Source: Candidatus Heimdallarchaeum aukensis (GTDB taxonomy: Archaea > Asgardarchaeota > Heimdallarchaeia > Heimdallarchaeales > Heimdallarchaeaceae). Taken from it: a DNA stretch of 64,000 nt. Both the position numbers and the translations under genes were made by a program. This document shows positions 29,104-39,270 of this stretch, in pieces (the stretch's first letter is position 1; each line of letters opens with the position of its first letter). The notes under the pieces are model-generated. The model worked only from the letters and a program-made list of their open reading frames with translations, did no database searches and was not told the DNA's origin. The stretch is taken from contig CP084166.1 of assembly GCA_021513695.1 (NCBI GenBank), positions 320,001-384,000 on the forward strand, written 5' to 3'.

Positions 29104-29212
29104 GGTTATAAGAAGGTAGGTACATATTAAAAAGCTTATGTAATACTCAAGTTTTATGGTTATTGTCGGAATTTTAGATATTTGTAGAAATGATGACCTT
29201 TAAAAACAAGCA

Positions 29213-30070
29213 ATGAGAGAAACACAAAAAGGAGAATTGATGTTAATGAGAGAAGAAGAACAAATTTGGGAAAAATTAACTAATTTTTTTGCTGACAAAT
29301 CTGTAGTTATTGCTTTTTCTGGTGGATTAGATAGCACAGTGTTGCTAGAAGCTGCACTTGAGAAAGCAAAGAAAGTTTTAGCAGTTTTTATCAAAACAGA
29401 TCTTATACAAAACGAAGATGAAGAAGTGGTAAAAGAATATACAAAAAAACGAAATGTAGAATTAAGGATATTTAGGATAAATCTGTTGGATAATAAAGAT
29501 GTTATTAAGAATGATGCAATAAGATGTTATTACTGTAAAAAAACATTATTCTCCAAAGTAAAAGAAGAGATGAGTAAGGAAAATTTTGATATTGTTGCAG
29601 AAGGAACAAACTTCACTGACCTCTCTGATTATCGCCCTGGATTGAAAGCAATAAAAGAATTAGAGATTTCTAGTCCATTCATTGAATTTGGTGTCAGTAA
29701 GGAGCAAATAAAAAAGATTGCAGAATATTACTCATTTCCAATTTTGAAAAAAGGAGCTACAACATGTTTGGCCACAAGAATCGCTTACAATATTGAAATA
29801 ACAAAAGAAAGACTAGAAAGAATAGAAGAAGCTGAAATATTTATTAACAACCTTGTAGAAGTAAGTTCTCTTCGTGTGAGAGACCATGGAGATCTTGCAA
29901 GAATAGAGGTTAATCCTTCTGCTATTGTAAAGTTAGTGGAACCAGAAATAAGAAAAAAAATCATAGAAACTTTTAACAAAAAAGGTTTCAAATACATTAC
30001 ACTAGACTTGGAAGGATATGTTCAAGGGAGTATGAACAGAGAGATTCAACAAGATACAAAGAATGAGTGA
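29213..30070 (+). CDS. larE: ATP-dependent sacrificial sulfur transferase LarE (PP-loop ATP pyrophosphatase)
   Basis: PP-loop VIAFSGGLDSTVL, conserved Cys in CYYCKKTLF region, size ~285 aa, directly followed by larC and larB. Confidence 0.7.
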   Translation: MRETQKGELMLMREEEQIWEKLTNFFADKSVVIAFSGGLDSTVLLEAALEKAKKVLAVFIKTDLIQNEDEEVVKEYTKKRNVELRIFRINLLDNKDVIKNDAIRCYYCKKTLFSKVKEEMSKENFDIVAEGTNFTDLSDYRPGLKAIKELEISSPFIEFGVSKEQIKKIAEYYSFPILKKGATTCLATRIAYNIEITKERLERIEEAEIFINNLVEVSSLRVRDHGDLARIEVNPSAIVKLVEPEIRKKIIETFNKKGFKYITLDLEGYVQGSMNREIQQDTKNE

Positions 30071-31292
30071 TAAAATGGAAGTTATTATTATTGATCCAAG
30101 ATTAGCAGGAGCATCAGGAGATATGCTCCTTTCTGCTATTGTTGATCTTGTGGGTAAAAAGCATCTTTTAGAGTTTATAGAACAACTAAATGAATACTTT
30201 AAAACAGGAGTTAGTATTAATATAAATAGAATAAAAAAGAAAGGCTTAAACTCTGTTTACCTTGAGATGGCAATTAATAGAGATATACCTTTTAATCATG
30301 TTGTAGACCTAAAAAGAGAACTAAACGGTTTTCTGGAGTATTTACCCATATCTTCAGAAGCAAAATCTAAAATAAAAGAAACTTTTCAACTAATTTTTGA
30401 AGCTGAGTCTATTGTACATAATAAACCATTAGAAACTTTACATCTTCATGAAACAGCAAGTATTGACACATTTTTAGATATAGTGGGGTTCTACTATCTA
30501 CTGGAAAAAAACAATTTGTTAAATGTACCTTTTCTAAGTCTCCCCATAAATACTGGTTCTGGTTTTATAGAAATCTCGCATGGAAAAGTTTCTGTACCTG
30601 CTCCTGCTGTAAGCGAAATAGCTAGGGCAAAAAGTCTATTAATTTTTTCCGATGAAACTAAAGGAGAGTTGTTAACTCCAACAGGAATAGCTATTATTGC
30701 TTCTGTTATTACTAAACAAATAGAAACACTTCCTCCAATGGTCATTAAAAAGATAGCTAGGGGAGCAGGAACAAAGAATCTAAAAAATAAAGCAAATGTT
30801 GTAACGCTATTTTTCTCTGATATCCCAGAAGACGAAAGTAAACATTATCTGTCTGTTCTAGAAACTCATGTGGATGATGTTTCAGGTGAAATACTAGGTT
30901 CAATTGTTTCTTTATTACTAGAAAAAGGAGCTCTAGATGTTTCATATTATCCTTTAGTTATGAAGAAAAATCGCCCTGCTTGGAATTTGAGAATTATTTG
31001 TGAAAAAGATAAATCTTCAGAACTTGCACATTTTGTAATGCTCGAATTGGGAACTTTAGGAGTAAGGGAGACAATAGTTACAAGATATGAGTTAGAAAGA
31101 CAAATTACTATAAAAAAAGTTGAAATCAATGGGAAAATCTTTGAATGTAGATTCAAGGAAAGGAAGGTACAAGGAGAAATAGTAGGAGCTAAACCAGAAT
31201 ATGAAGACATGAAGAGAATATCCAACGAAACTGGAATTCCTCTTATTGATTTGGAAAAGCAATTACAACGACAATATTCAATAGGTGAGTAA
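30063..31292 (+). CDS. larC: nickel-pincer cofactor nickel insertase LarC (DUF111)
   Basis: N-terminal IIIDPRLAGASGDMLLSAIVDLVG matches LarC/DUF111 signature; ~409 aa; overlaps larE end. Confidence 0.75.
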   Translation: MSDKMEVIIIDPRLAGASGDMLLSAIVDLVGKKHLLEFIEQLNEYFKTGVSININRIKKKGLNSVYLEMAINRDIPFNHVVDLKRELNGFLEYLPISSEAKSKIKETFQLIFEAESIVHNKPLETLHLHETASIDTFLDIVGFYYLLEKNNLLNVPFLSLPINTGSGFIEISHGKVSVPAPAVSEIARAKSLLIFSDETKGELLTPTGIAIIASVITKQIETLPPMVIKKIARGAGTKNLKNKANVVTLFFSDIPEDESKHYLSVLETHVDDVSGEILGSIVSLLLEKGALDVSYYPLVMKKNRPAWNLRIICEKDKSSELAHFVMLELGTLGVRETIVTRYELERQITIKKVEINGKIFECRFKERKVQGEIVGAKPEYEDMKRISNETGIPLIDLEKQLQRQYSIGE

Positions 31293-32078
31293 ATGAAAAG
31301 AAGAGAGATACTTGAGAAGATATACAAAAATGAGATTACAGTGGAAGAAGCTGAAGATTTGCTTTCAAAAAACAATATTGAAGTTGTAGATGAATTTCTA
31401 AGATTTGATATTTTCAGAGAGCAAAGAACAAGCATACCTGAAATTGTTTATGCAGAAACAAAAAGTCCTGAAAATGTAGCTGAAATTGTAAAAAAAATTG
31501 CTTTAAAAAAAGAAATTTTGTTAGTCTCTCGAACTACAGAAAAACATGTTAAAAAATTAAAAGAGATAGAAGATTCGCTAAAAGATTTCAATTTTGAATA
31601 TGGCCCAGAAGAAAGATTTTGTTTAGTAAAAAAGAAAGGATATAAAGTAAAAAAAGAAAATGGAAAAGTAGGTATTATCACTGCAGGAACGTCTGACATT
31701 CCAGTAGCAACAGAAGCAAAAGTTGTTGCTGAAATGATGGGTTGTGAAACTATTTTGATAAATGATGTTGGAGTAGCTGGATTACATAGACTATTTGAAC
31801 CACTGAATTCTATTCTAAAGGAAAAAGTAGATGTTTTAATCGTTGCAGCAGGAATGGAAGGGGCTTTGCCGACAGTTATTGCAGGATTAGTAGATATCCC
31901 AGTAATTGGATTGCCAATCTCCACAGGTTATGGATTTGGAGGAAAAGGCCAAACAGCTTTAATGAGTATGCTACAAACTTGTGCACTAGGGTTGGCAGTA
32001 GTGAATATTGATGCTGGAGTAAGTGCTGGAGCTTTTGCTGCAAAGATTGCAAAAAGAGCAAGTAGGAAAAAAACTTAA
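31293..32078 (+). CDS. larB: nickel-pincer cofactor biosynthesis carboxylase/hydrolase LarB (PurE-like)
   Basis: PurE-like C-terminal half GIITAGTSDIPVATEAKVV ... LIVAAGMEGALPTVIAGLVDIPVIGLP plus LarB-type N-terminal domain. Confidence 0.75.
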   Translation: MKRREILEKIYKNEITVEEAEDLLSKNNIEVVDEFLRFDIFREQRTSIPEIVYAETKSPENVAEIVKKIALKKEILLVSRTTEKHVKKLKEIEDSLKDFNFEYGPEERFCLVKKKGYKVKKENGKVGIITAGTSDIPVATEAKVVAEMMGCETILINDVGVAGLHRLFEPLNSILKEKVDVLIVAAGMEGALPTVIAGLVDIPVIGLPISTGYGFGGKGQTALMSMLQTCALGLAVVNIDAGVSAGAFAAKIAKRASRKKT

Positions 32079-32160
32079 TGTTACAATAATTGTCTGTGAT
32101 TAGTAGATCCTCTTTATTTTATTCAGATAAACTTAAATCCAATTTATTTTCTTTTTCATT

Positions 32161-33717
32161 ATGCCTTCATTGCGGACAGTAGAAGACAAGAACAATAAAA
32201 ATCAACTAGACAAATCACGTTATTTTGATGTTATTATAACTGTAATTACAGCAATGCTAATTTTAGTCTTATCTTGTTATGTAAAAAACTTAATCAGTGA
32301 AAAAATCAAATTTCTTAGTAAGACTTTTTACTATACTTATACAAATCAACAAGGAGATACTGTTACTTGGTATTTTGAAAGTTATGGTGATGCAAGTTAT
32401 TATTATGAACCCTTCTTGCAAGCATTTCGCTTTGAAGGCTGGAATCCTTATAAAAGGTATGTAGGTTCAAAATTGGATTATTATATGTATGGACCAATTT
32501 TTATCTATAGTAAGTACATAACCTCACTAATAATTGGATTGTTAAAACCTGATTTATCACAAATAGAACTAATTGAAGCTTCAATAAAGTGGTCAGCTAT
32601 TATAATTGATTCTCTTTCTGTAATGATGATCTATATCGTAATAATAAATCTGAAATTCTTAAGAAAAAAACTTATAGTTAAACATGTTGTAGGTATTTCA
32701 GCTTCTATTGTATTAATGCTAGCTCCTATAAATCTATACTATTCAGATACTTTATACCTAAACGGACCTCTAATGACTTTTTTTGCTTTAATAGGGATGC
32801 TTTACTTTTTGAAAGAGAAATATACTCTCTCGGGCATTTTTCTTTCTTTTTCTTTCTTAAGTAAACAACTTTCTTTGTTTCTTGTTATTCAATTTTTCAT
32901 ATTAATCTGGAAAAGTAAAGACCTAAAAACAGCTTTTACAAAATTTCTGAACCCATTTATGTTAACAAGCTTTCTTTTAAGTATTCCATGGTTATTTATC
33001 ACACCAATACTTTATATTGGGAGAATATTTGCAGCAGGACATCCACAGTTCTATCTAAATGAAGAATATAGTGTAGCTCAAACTTTAGCTAATTCTATAA
33101 CAAGTTTAGGATGTGAACTGTGCGCTCAAATATATTGGTACCTAAATTTTGTAATGTTACCCTTCCTTATTTTTTATGGAGGATGTCTAGTATTTGCCCA
33201 TTTTAATGCTCAAGAAATTATGAAAAATGAAGAAAATATTATTTTATATACAACTTGGTCTGTTCTCATACTACATACATTTATTTCTAGGGGGATTTAC
33301 AAGTATTATAATATCTATATTAATGTATTTTTAGTTCTTTCAATCATTGTTGTCTCTTATAGAATAATAAAATACATATTTAAGAGGGAAAAAGAATTCA
33401 GTGTAAAAGAAAAAATTATTCTTTCGTTTATTATATTTTTATGTTATATTCTTCTCACGAGCCTTTTTTGGGGAGAAAATTTACTAATTATGAAAACTCA
33501 AAGAGAAAGACATCCACTAATATTGTTATTAGTGACAATACTATTCTCTTTTAATTTCTCATTAAAAAATTATAGAAATCTCCTTATTAAGAAAAATTAC
33601 AAAGTTTTAGTTATAGATGTAAAAAGCTTCTTTATTTACATTTATTCATCAACAAAGATTAAAATCTCAAAAATGGGAAAAATAATTGATAAGATATTAA
33701 AAAAAGAAAGTGATTAA
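32161..33717 (+). CDS. polytopic membrane protein, possible GT-C-type glycosyltransferase
   Basis: ~12+ TM helices with aromatic-rich first extracytoplasmic loop (YYYEPFLQAFRFEGWNPYKRY); assignment speculative. Confidence 0.3.
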   Translation: MPSLRTVEDKNNKNQLDKSRYFDVIITVITAMLILVLSCYVKNLISEKIKFLSKTFYYTYTNQQGDTVTWYFESYGDASYYYEPFLQAFRFEGWNPYKRYVGSKLDYYMYGPIFIYSKYITSLIIGLLKPDLSQIELIEASIKWSAIIIDSLSVMMIYIVIINLKFLRKKLIVKHVVGISASIVLMLAPINLYYSDTLYLNGPLMTFFALIGMLYFLKEKYTLSGIFLSFSFLSKQLSLFLVIQFFILIWKSKDLKTAFTKFLNPFMLTSFLLSIPWLFITPILYIGRIFAAGHPQFYLNEEYSVAQTLANSITSLGCELCAQIYWYLNFVMLPFLIFYGGCLVFAHFNAQEIMKNEENIILYTTWSVLILHTFISRGIYKYYNIYINVFLVLSIIVVSYRIIKYIFKREKEFSVKEKIILSFIIFLCYILLTSLFWGENLLIMKTQRERHPLILLLVTILFSFNFSLKNYRNLLIKKNYKVLVIDVKSFFIYIYSSTKIKISKMGKIIDKILKKESD

Positions 33718-33768
33718 TTTGCTATAATATTCTTCTTCAATCTTATAAAGGTCAAAAGGCTTTAATAC

Positions 33769-33969
33769 TTATTTTACTTTCTTCCTTTGTCTTATTTTTC
33801 TTATAATTACTACTATTAGTAGAATTAAGTTTAAAACAAAAGCAATAGGAAAAGTGATAATAAATAAGAATACAGCACCACAACTCTCATTAGATGGACC
33901 AAACGAATCTTTCAAGATACTGTAAATCGCAGTGAGAGAAAAAAAAGCATCAATGCTTAGAAAAACCAC
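33769..33969 (-). CDS. small membrane protein (2 TM, basic tail)
   Basis: 66 aa, hydrophobic, ends IIRKIRQRKKVK; could be spurious. Confidence 0.2.
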   Translation of the reverse strand: MVFLSIDAFFSLTAIYSILKDSFGPSNESCGAVFLFIITFPIAFVLNLILLIVVIIRKIRQRKKVK

Positions 33970-34213
33970 TTTATTATTGTATAATAAATCGAATTTCCAC
34001 TACTTTCATTCTCATTAGTCATAATAATTAAAAAACTGGAGTTAGTTATATTTTTTTTCTAGCTAATTGCGTTTAGATTATTTTGAAAATGGTTTTTACA
34101 TCACATTTCTCTTTTTTTTCTGTCTTTCTTTTCTCATTTTTTCATTACCTAATCGGAAAAAAATAAATAGCTTTAATAGTAAATATTTTTGATTCTTTAT
34201 GAAATAGGGGGTA

Positions 34214-37200
34214 ATGATGAAAAAAAATGTCAAAGGATTTCACCAAAATAATTTTAGAAAAAAATATATGTTTCAAAGGATAAAGAGAATTCTTATTTTC
34301 AATATTTTCTTATTAATTCTATTATCACAATACTTATTTGTTTATTCTAGTTCAACTAGTTCACAGTCTAATAATTTTCAAGAACAAGAAATTCAAATTG
34401 AAAGAAGAATTATTAATAATAAAAATAATTTACAAGGACAAAAAAATTTTGAGTATATAATTAACGATGTAGAAGAAAAAATAGAAAGATTAACTCAGTC
34501 TTTAAATTCAAAGACAGAAAGAGTAATAACGAAGGCCAATCAGAAATTGGATAATCAAAAATTGTTCAATCCCTCCTTATCAATATTTGAACCTGAACCT
34601 TCTACTTTTCTATCCTACACTTCTCACTCTCCAATTGCAATAAATGGAAATGATGATTTTATTGCTCAAGCAATCTCTGAAGGGTGGGTAGGTAGCGGAA
34701 CAGAAAGTGATCCTTATATTATATCAGGATTGAATATTACGCCATCTGACACAGAGAAAGGAATTTCAGTTTATAACACAACTCTATTCTTTAATATTGA
34801 AAATTGTGTAATTACAGGAGGAACAGAAGGTATACATTTTAACCTTGTCTCGAATGCAAAAATAATTAATATATCAATTACAAATTCATTAGAAAATAGT
34901 ATTGGTCTTTATACTTCTTCAAAAATACTAATTGACAGTTGTTCAGTTTCTGGATCTAATGTAGGAATGAATATACAGTCATCGGAAGAGATAGAAATAA
35001 ATTCATGTAAAATATTTGATACTAATGACAATGGTGTTCAAATAGCTGAAAATTCAAGATACATAACTGGAATAGATAATGTTTTTCGAAATGTTCTTTT
35101 TGGATTTCATGTAATGCATAGGTGTTATAATATTACAATAACTGGAAACCAATTTTATGAAATGATATTTGATAATGCTGTTCTTTCTGATTGGGAAAGT
35201 TCATGGAATTTCACTATCTCAGAAAACATATTTTACAACAATTCTCTAATATCTATTTTTGATTATTCATACAATAACATAATCTTAAATAACACTTTCT
35301 ATGGAGGTTCATTATTTATTAGAGGAGATAATAATAAAGTATTCAATAATTTATTTATCGCCAACGGAGAAGTTTTTGGTCAAATAACCATTTGCGATGG
35401 AAGTTATAATGAAATTGAAGAAAACATAATGGAAGCAAATATTATTATCGCTAACTTAACAAATAGCGTTATTGAAAACAATATTATTAGCTCATTAGAA
35501 GCTTTTCGACATGGATTAAATATTGAAAGTTCAAGTTACATAACTGTAAAAAACAATACGATATATAACATTACCAAAGGAACTGGAATATGCATTTCAG
35601 AAAGCTTCAAAATAGAAATGATTGAAAACTCAATTGGTTTTTTAGGAACAGAAATTGATCAAAGAGAAGGTATCAACCTATATTTATCTTCTAATCTTTC
35701 GATTATTTATAATGAAATCTTTAATGCTACAAGAATGGGTATAGCTAGTTACAAAACTAATTCTACTACTATAGAAAGCAACTTTTTCTACAATATAAGT
35801 TTGTATGGTTTACACTTTCCTGCACCGAATTATAACATTATTATTCAAAACAACACTTTTGAAACTATGCTGGATCGGGCTATTGATATAGGAGGAACAA
35901 ATAGCATTATTCAAGATAATACAATAAGACATTGTTATTCTTCAGGAATATCGTTACCCTCTCTTTCATTTAGTAAGATAATAAACAATAATATTATAGA
36001 TATTGGAGGAAGTGCAATTTCCAGCTATTGGGGATGTCTGAATCTTGAAATCGCTAATAATTTTATTTCAAACTCGTCATATGGTCTTGGTTTATCAGAT
36101 TCTTTAGATCTAATAATTCAAAAAAATACAATAACAAATATTTTGGATGTATCCATTCATATTTCTTTCACTGGTGATTATCCAATAGATTCTTTCCATT
36201 CTGCCACAAATCAAATAATAATAAACAATAATGAACTTTCTTATTCTCGAGTGGGAATTTGTATAGGTGGCCGAAATATTGATTCTAACATTCTTAATTT
36301 ATTCATCTTTGGGAATACAATTAGTAATCATGCTGATAATGGAATACAATTGCACGAGTTTAGTGGATTATTTAACATATATGACAATTTTATTGACAAT
36401 TGTGGTTGGGCAGGAATTGAACTTTGGGGAGATGAAAATGGTATAGTAGAAAACAATTCCATTTACTATTGTGACAATACTGCAAGAGATACAAGAGCTA
36501 TACAATTAGATTTTTCTTACAATGTACAAATAACTGAAAATCACATTGAAAGTAATAATATAGGCATTTATATCTATGGAAGTAGAAATTCTTCGATTAC
36601 ACTGAATTCATTCATTTCCAATGCTAACGATGGAATAATAATAGATGAAAATAAAGATAGTATAACTGAAATAGTAGTTATGCATAATAACTTTATTAAT
36701 AACAATATTGGCGGAAAACAAGCTTCAGATTTCGGTTCAAATAATGTTTTCATCTTAAATTATTGGTCTGATCACACTAACACAGATGCTAATGGAGATG
36801 GAATAGCTGATGAACCTTATTATCTCGGAGGAAATACTGGAAATGCTGATAACTTTCCTTTAGTGGACTTGGTAACTGAACAATCACCTACACATGTTAT
36901 GACGATTCCTTCAATTATTTATCCAGTTTCAGGAATAACATTGTCAGGTGTAGAAGAAATAAAATGGAAAAAAGCTTATGATTCAATGGAACATGAAGTT
37001 TTTTATGATCTTTATTATTCAAAAGATGATGGAAATAGCTGGATAATGATTGCCAATACTATAAAAGGAAACTCATATAACTGGGATACAACTAGTGTCC
37101 CTGATGGCGATAACTATAAACTTAAGGTTGTAGCAGATGATAATCATGGATTAACTTCTGTAGCTATATCTAAAACTTTTAGAATCTTAAACACTCAAAA

Positions 37201-37321
37201 TTCAGATTCAACAGATACAAAACAAACAGTTGAAGTTTCAAGCTGGTCTATATTTATTTCTTTGTCAAGCTTTCTGTTTGTTATCTACACTTTACGAAAA
37301 AGATTATTCTTCAAAAGATAA
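34214..37321 (+). CDS. giant surface protein with right-handed parallel beta-helix repeats and C-terminal TM anchor
   Basis: SD GGGGGT upstream; N-terminal TM/signal; >25 Asn/Ile-rich repeats (ISxNxIxNN, IENN, ITxN) as in NosD/pectate-lyase fold; Ig/FN3-like region near C-terminus; TM + LRKRLFFKR. Confidence 0.55.
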   Translation: MMKKNVKGFHQNNFRKKYMFQRIKRILIFNIFLLILLSQYLFVYSSSTSSQSNNFQEQEIQIERRIINNKNNLQGQKNFEYIINDVEEKIERLTQSLNSKTERVITKANQKLDNQKLFNPSLSIFEPEPSTFLSYTSHSPIAINGNDDFIAQAISEGWVGSGTESDPYIISGLNITPSDTEKGISVYNTTLFFNIENCVITGGTEGIHFNLVSNAKIINISITNSLENSIGLYTSSKILIDSCSVSGSNVGMNIQSSEEIEINSCKIFDTNDNGVQIAENSRYITGIDNVFRNVLFGFHVMHRCYNITITGNQFYEMIFDNAVLSDWESSWNFTISENIFYNNSLISIFDYSYNNIILNNTFYGGSLFIRGDNNKVFNNLFIANGEVFGQITICDGSYNEIEENIMEANIIIANLTNSVIENNIISSLEAFRHGLNIESSSYITVKNNTIYNITKGTGICISESFKIEMIENSIGFLGTEIDQREGINLYLSSNLSIIYNEIFNATRMGIASYKTNSTTIESNFFYNISLYGLHFPAPNYNIIIQNNTFETMLDRAIDIGGTNSIIQDNTIRHCYSSGISLPSLSFSKIINNNIIDIGGSAISSYWGCLNLEIANNFISNSSYGLGLSDSLDLIIQKNTITNILDVSIHISFTGDYPIDSFHSATNQIIINNNELSYSRVGICIGGRNIDSNILNLFIFGNTISNHADNGIQLHEFSGLFNIYDNFIDNCGWAGIELWGDENGIVENNSIYYCDNTARDTRAIQLDFSYNVQITENHIESNNIGIYIYGSRNSSITLNSFISNANDGIIIDENKDSITEIVVMHNNFINNNIGGKQASDFGSNNVFILNYWSDHTNTDANGDGIADEPYYLGGNTGNADNFPLVDLVTEQSPTHVMTIPSIIYPVSGITLSGVEEIKWKKAYDSMEHEVFYDLYYSKDDGNSWIMIANTIKGNSYNWDTTSVPDGDNYKLKVVADDNHGLTSVAISKTFRILNTQNSDSTDTKQTVEVSSWSIFISLSSFLFVIYTLRKRLFFKR

Positions 37322-37443
37322 TTTTTAATCTTTATCCTTTTCTTTTTTTATATTCTGGCGAGAAAGGAGCACCTAGCACAATACTCAAAATTATTTTTTC
37401 TATACAAATCTGAATATTTTTTAAGTGTATTATTTTTCTTGAA

Positions 37444-38199
37444 ATGTTTATGTCGAAACTTATTCTAGAAACTGTCAATTTAACTCTTAAAATTGAAGAT
37501 AAGATAATATTTCAAAACATTAATTTAAAGATTGAAAAAGGTACAATTCACGCTTTGATTGGAGTAAATGGCTGTGGTAAGTCTTCTATTGCTAGTGTTC
37601 TTATGGGGTTGAAAAAGCCATCAAGTGGAGAAATACTTCTTGAGGGAGAAAGTATAGTTGATCTTTCAATAACTGAACGAGCGCAAAAAGGGTTAACACT
37701 AGCTTGGCAAGAACCAGTAAGGTTTGAAGGTCTTTCAGTTAAAGATTACTTATCCATTTCAAGAAAGACGAAGAATGAAAAATCTATTAAAGATGCTCTT
37801 GAATCTGTTGGGCTTATATCAGAGAAATACCTTGAACGGTTCGTTGATGATACTTTGTCTGGAGGAGAAAGAAAGAGAGTAGAACTTGCATCTATATTAC
37901 TTATGAAACCGAAAGTTGCTATTCTAGATGAAATTGATAGTGGAGTAGATTTCATTGGTATAGACAAAGTACTTGACACAATTAGAAAAATAGCTCAAAA
38001 TGGAAGCGTGCTTTTAATTACTCATCAAGATGAGTTTTTGAAAATAGCTGATAAGGCTACTTTGATTTGTAATGGAAATATCCTTAGAACAGGTGAACCT
38101 CAAGAAATTAGTAAATTTTACAGATATGAATGTACATATTGTGTAGATGAGAATAATCCTGATTTAGCTTTGGAGGAACTCTTAAATGTCAATAGATAG
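37444..38199 (+). CDS. sufC: Fe-S cluster assembly ATPase SufC
   Basis: Walker A GVNGCGKSS, ABC signature LSGGERKR, Walker B ILDEIDSG, H-loop ITHQ; ~250 aa, SufC-like. Confidence 0.8.
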   Translation: MFMSKLILETVNLTLKIEDKIIFQNINLKIEKGTIHALIGVNGCGKSSIASVLMGLKKPSSGEILLEGESIVDLSITERAQKGLTLAWQEPVRFEGLSVKDYLSISRKTKNEKSIKDALESVGLISEKYLERFVDDTLSGGERKRVELASILLMKPKVAILDEIDSGVDFIGIDKVLDTIRKIAQNGSVLLITHQDEFLKIADKATLICNGNILRTGEPQEISKFYRYECTYCVDENNPDLALEELLNVNR

Positions 38200-39136
38200 A
38201 AAGAATGAATACGAAGCACTCCTTAAGCTATTAGAAAAAGGAGGAGGGAATGCTGAAGAAATCAAAAATAACATTGGAGCAAATATGATTCTTAATAAAG
38301 ATGAAGTTATTTCTGTCAATGAAACAGAGGGAATCAAGCTAAAAGCTACTAAAATACCTGATGGGGTTAAAGCTTCTATAATTATAAAAGAAGGATATAA
38401 AGAAACAAAACCTGTTCATCTTTGTTTTGGTATGTTACCTAAAGAAGGAAAACAAATAATTAAATCTGAAATTATAGCTGGAAAGAATTCTAAAGTTAAA
38501 ATTTTAAGTCATTGTATTTTTCCAAACGCTGTACATATTCAACACATCATGGAAGGAAAAATAATTTTGGAAGAGGGAGCAGAGTTAATTTATGAAGAAG
38601 AACATTATCATTCTGAAGAAGGATTAATAGAAGTTGTTCCTGTTCAAGAAGTTGTCGTAGAAAAAAATGCAAAATATTTCAATAATTTTAAAATGAAAAA
38701 CGGAAGAGCAGGGAAGATAAATATAGACTATCTAGTTACTCTGAAAGAAAAGGCAATTGCAGAACTTACAACAAAAATAGGCGCAAAATTCGATGATGAA
38801 ATAAAAATGAAAGAAAAAATAATATTAGAAGGAAAAGAATCTAGAGGATTAATACTTTCTCGAATTGTATTAAGAGATAATTCTACAAGTGAGTTTGTAG
38901 GTATAACTGTAGGAAAAGGTGCATATTCAAAAGCTCATGTTGATTGTAGTGAAATAGTAATGGATAATGCAAAAGCTTCTGCAATACCTGAAATACAAGC
39001 TTTTGATTCTACTGCCAAGCTAACACATGAGGCTGCAATTGGAAGAATTGATCAAAAACAATTATGCACTTTAATGGCAAAAGGATTAAGTGAGAAACAA
39101 GCAATAGAATATCTAGTAAATGGTTTACTAAATTAG
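38186..39136 (+). CDS. sufB: Fe-S cluster assembly scaffold SufB/SufD-family protein (short archaeal form)
   Basis: Follows sufC with overlap; 316 aa beta-helix-type SufBD sequence (repetitive E/K-rich strands). Confidence 0.6.
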   Translation: MSIDRKNEYEALLKLLEKGGGNAEEIKNNIGANMILNKDEVISVNETEGIKLKATKIPDGVKASIIIKEGYKETKPVHLCFGMLPKEGKQIIKSEIIAGKNSKVKILSHCIFPNAVHIQHIMEGKIILEEGAELIYEEEHYHSEEGLIEVVPVQEVVVEKNAKYFNNFKMKNGRAGKINIDYLVTLKEKAIAELTTKIGAKFDDEIKMKEKIILEGKESRGLILSRIVLRDNSTSEFVGITVGKGAYSKAHVDCSEIVMDNAKASAIPEIQAFDSTAKLTHEAAIGRIDQKQLCTLMAKGLSEKQAIEYLVNGLLN

Positions 39137-39270
39137 TAACTTATTATTTTAGATTTTTGAATATAATAAACTTAAAAACCATGATTCATAATTTAGCATA
39201 TCTTAAATGTTAATATTAAGTAACTCAAGATAAATTTTTAACTTCCATGGGTTCTTAATTTTGTAAAAAA

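Noticed and set aside
25369-29212. Possible att-like direct repeats flanking the arsenic/recombinase islet (AATTTAGATATT-like at ~25515 and ~29180)
   Set aside because: Only 11-12 nt of similarity in extremely AT-rich spacers; expected by chance; cannot define element ends without comparison genomes
30494-31924. Several - strand ORFs (30494..30745, 30757..30945, 30947..31435, 31448..31924) antisense to larC/larB
   Set aside because: lar genes have strong family signatures on the + strand; antisense frames are Ser/Ile-rich low-complexity
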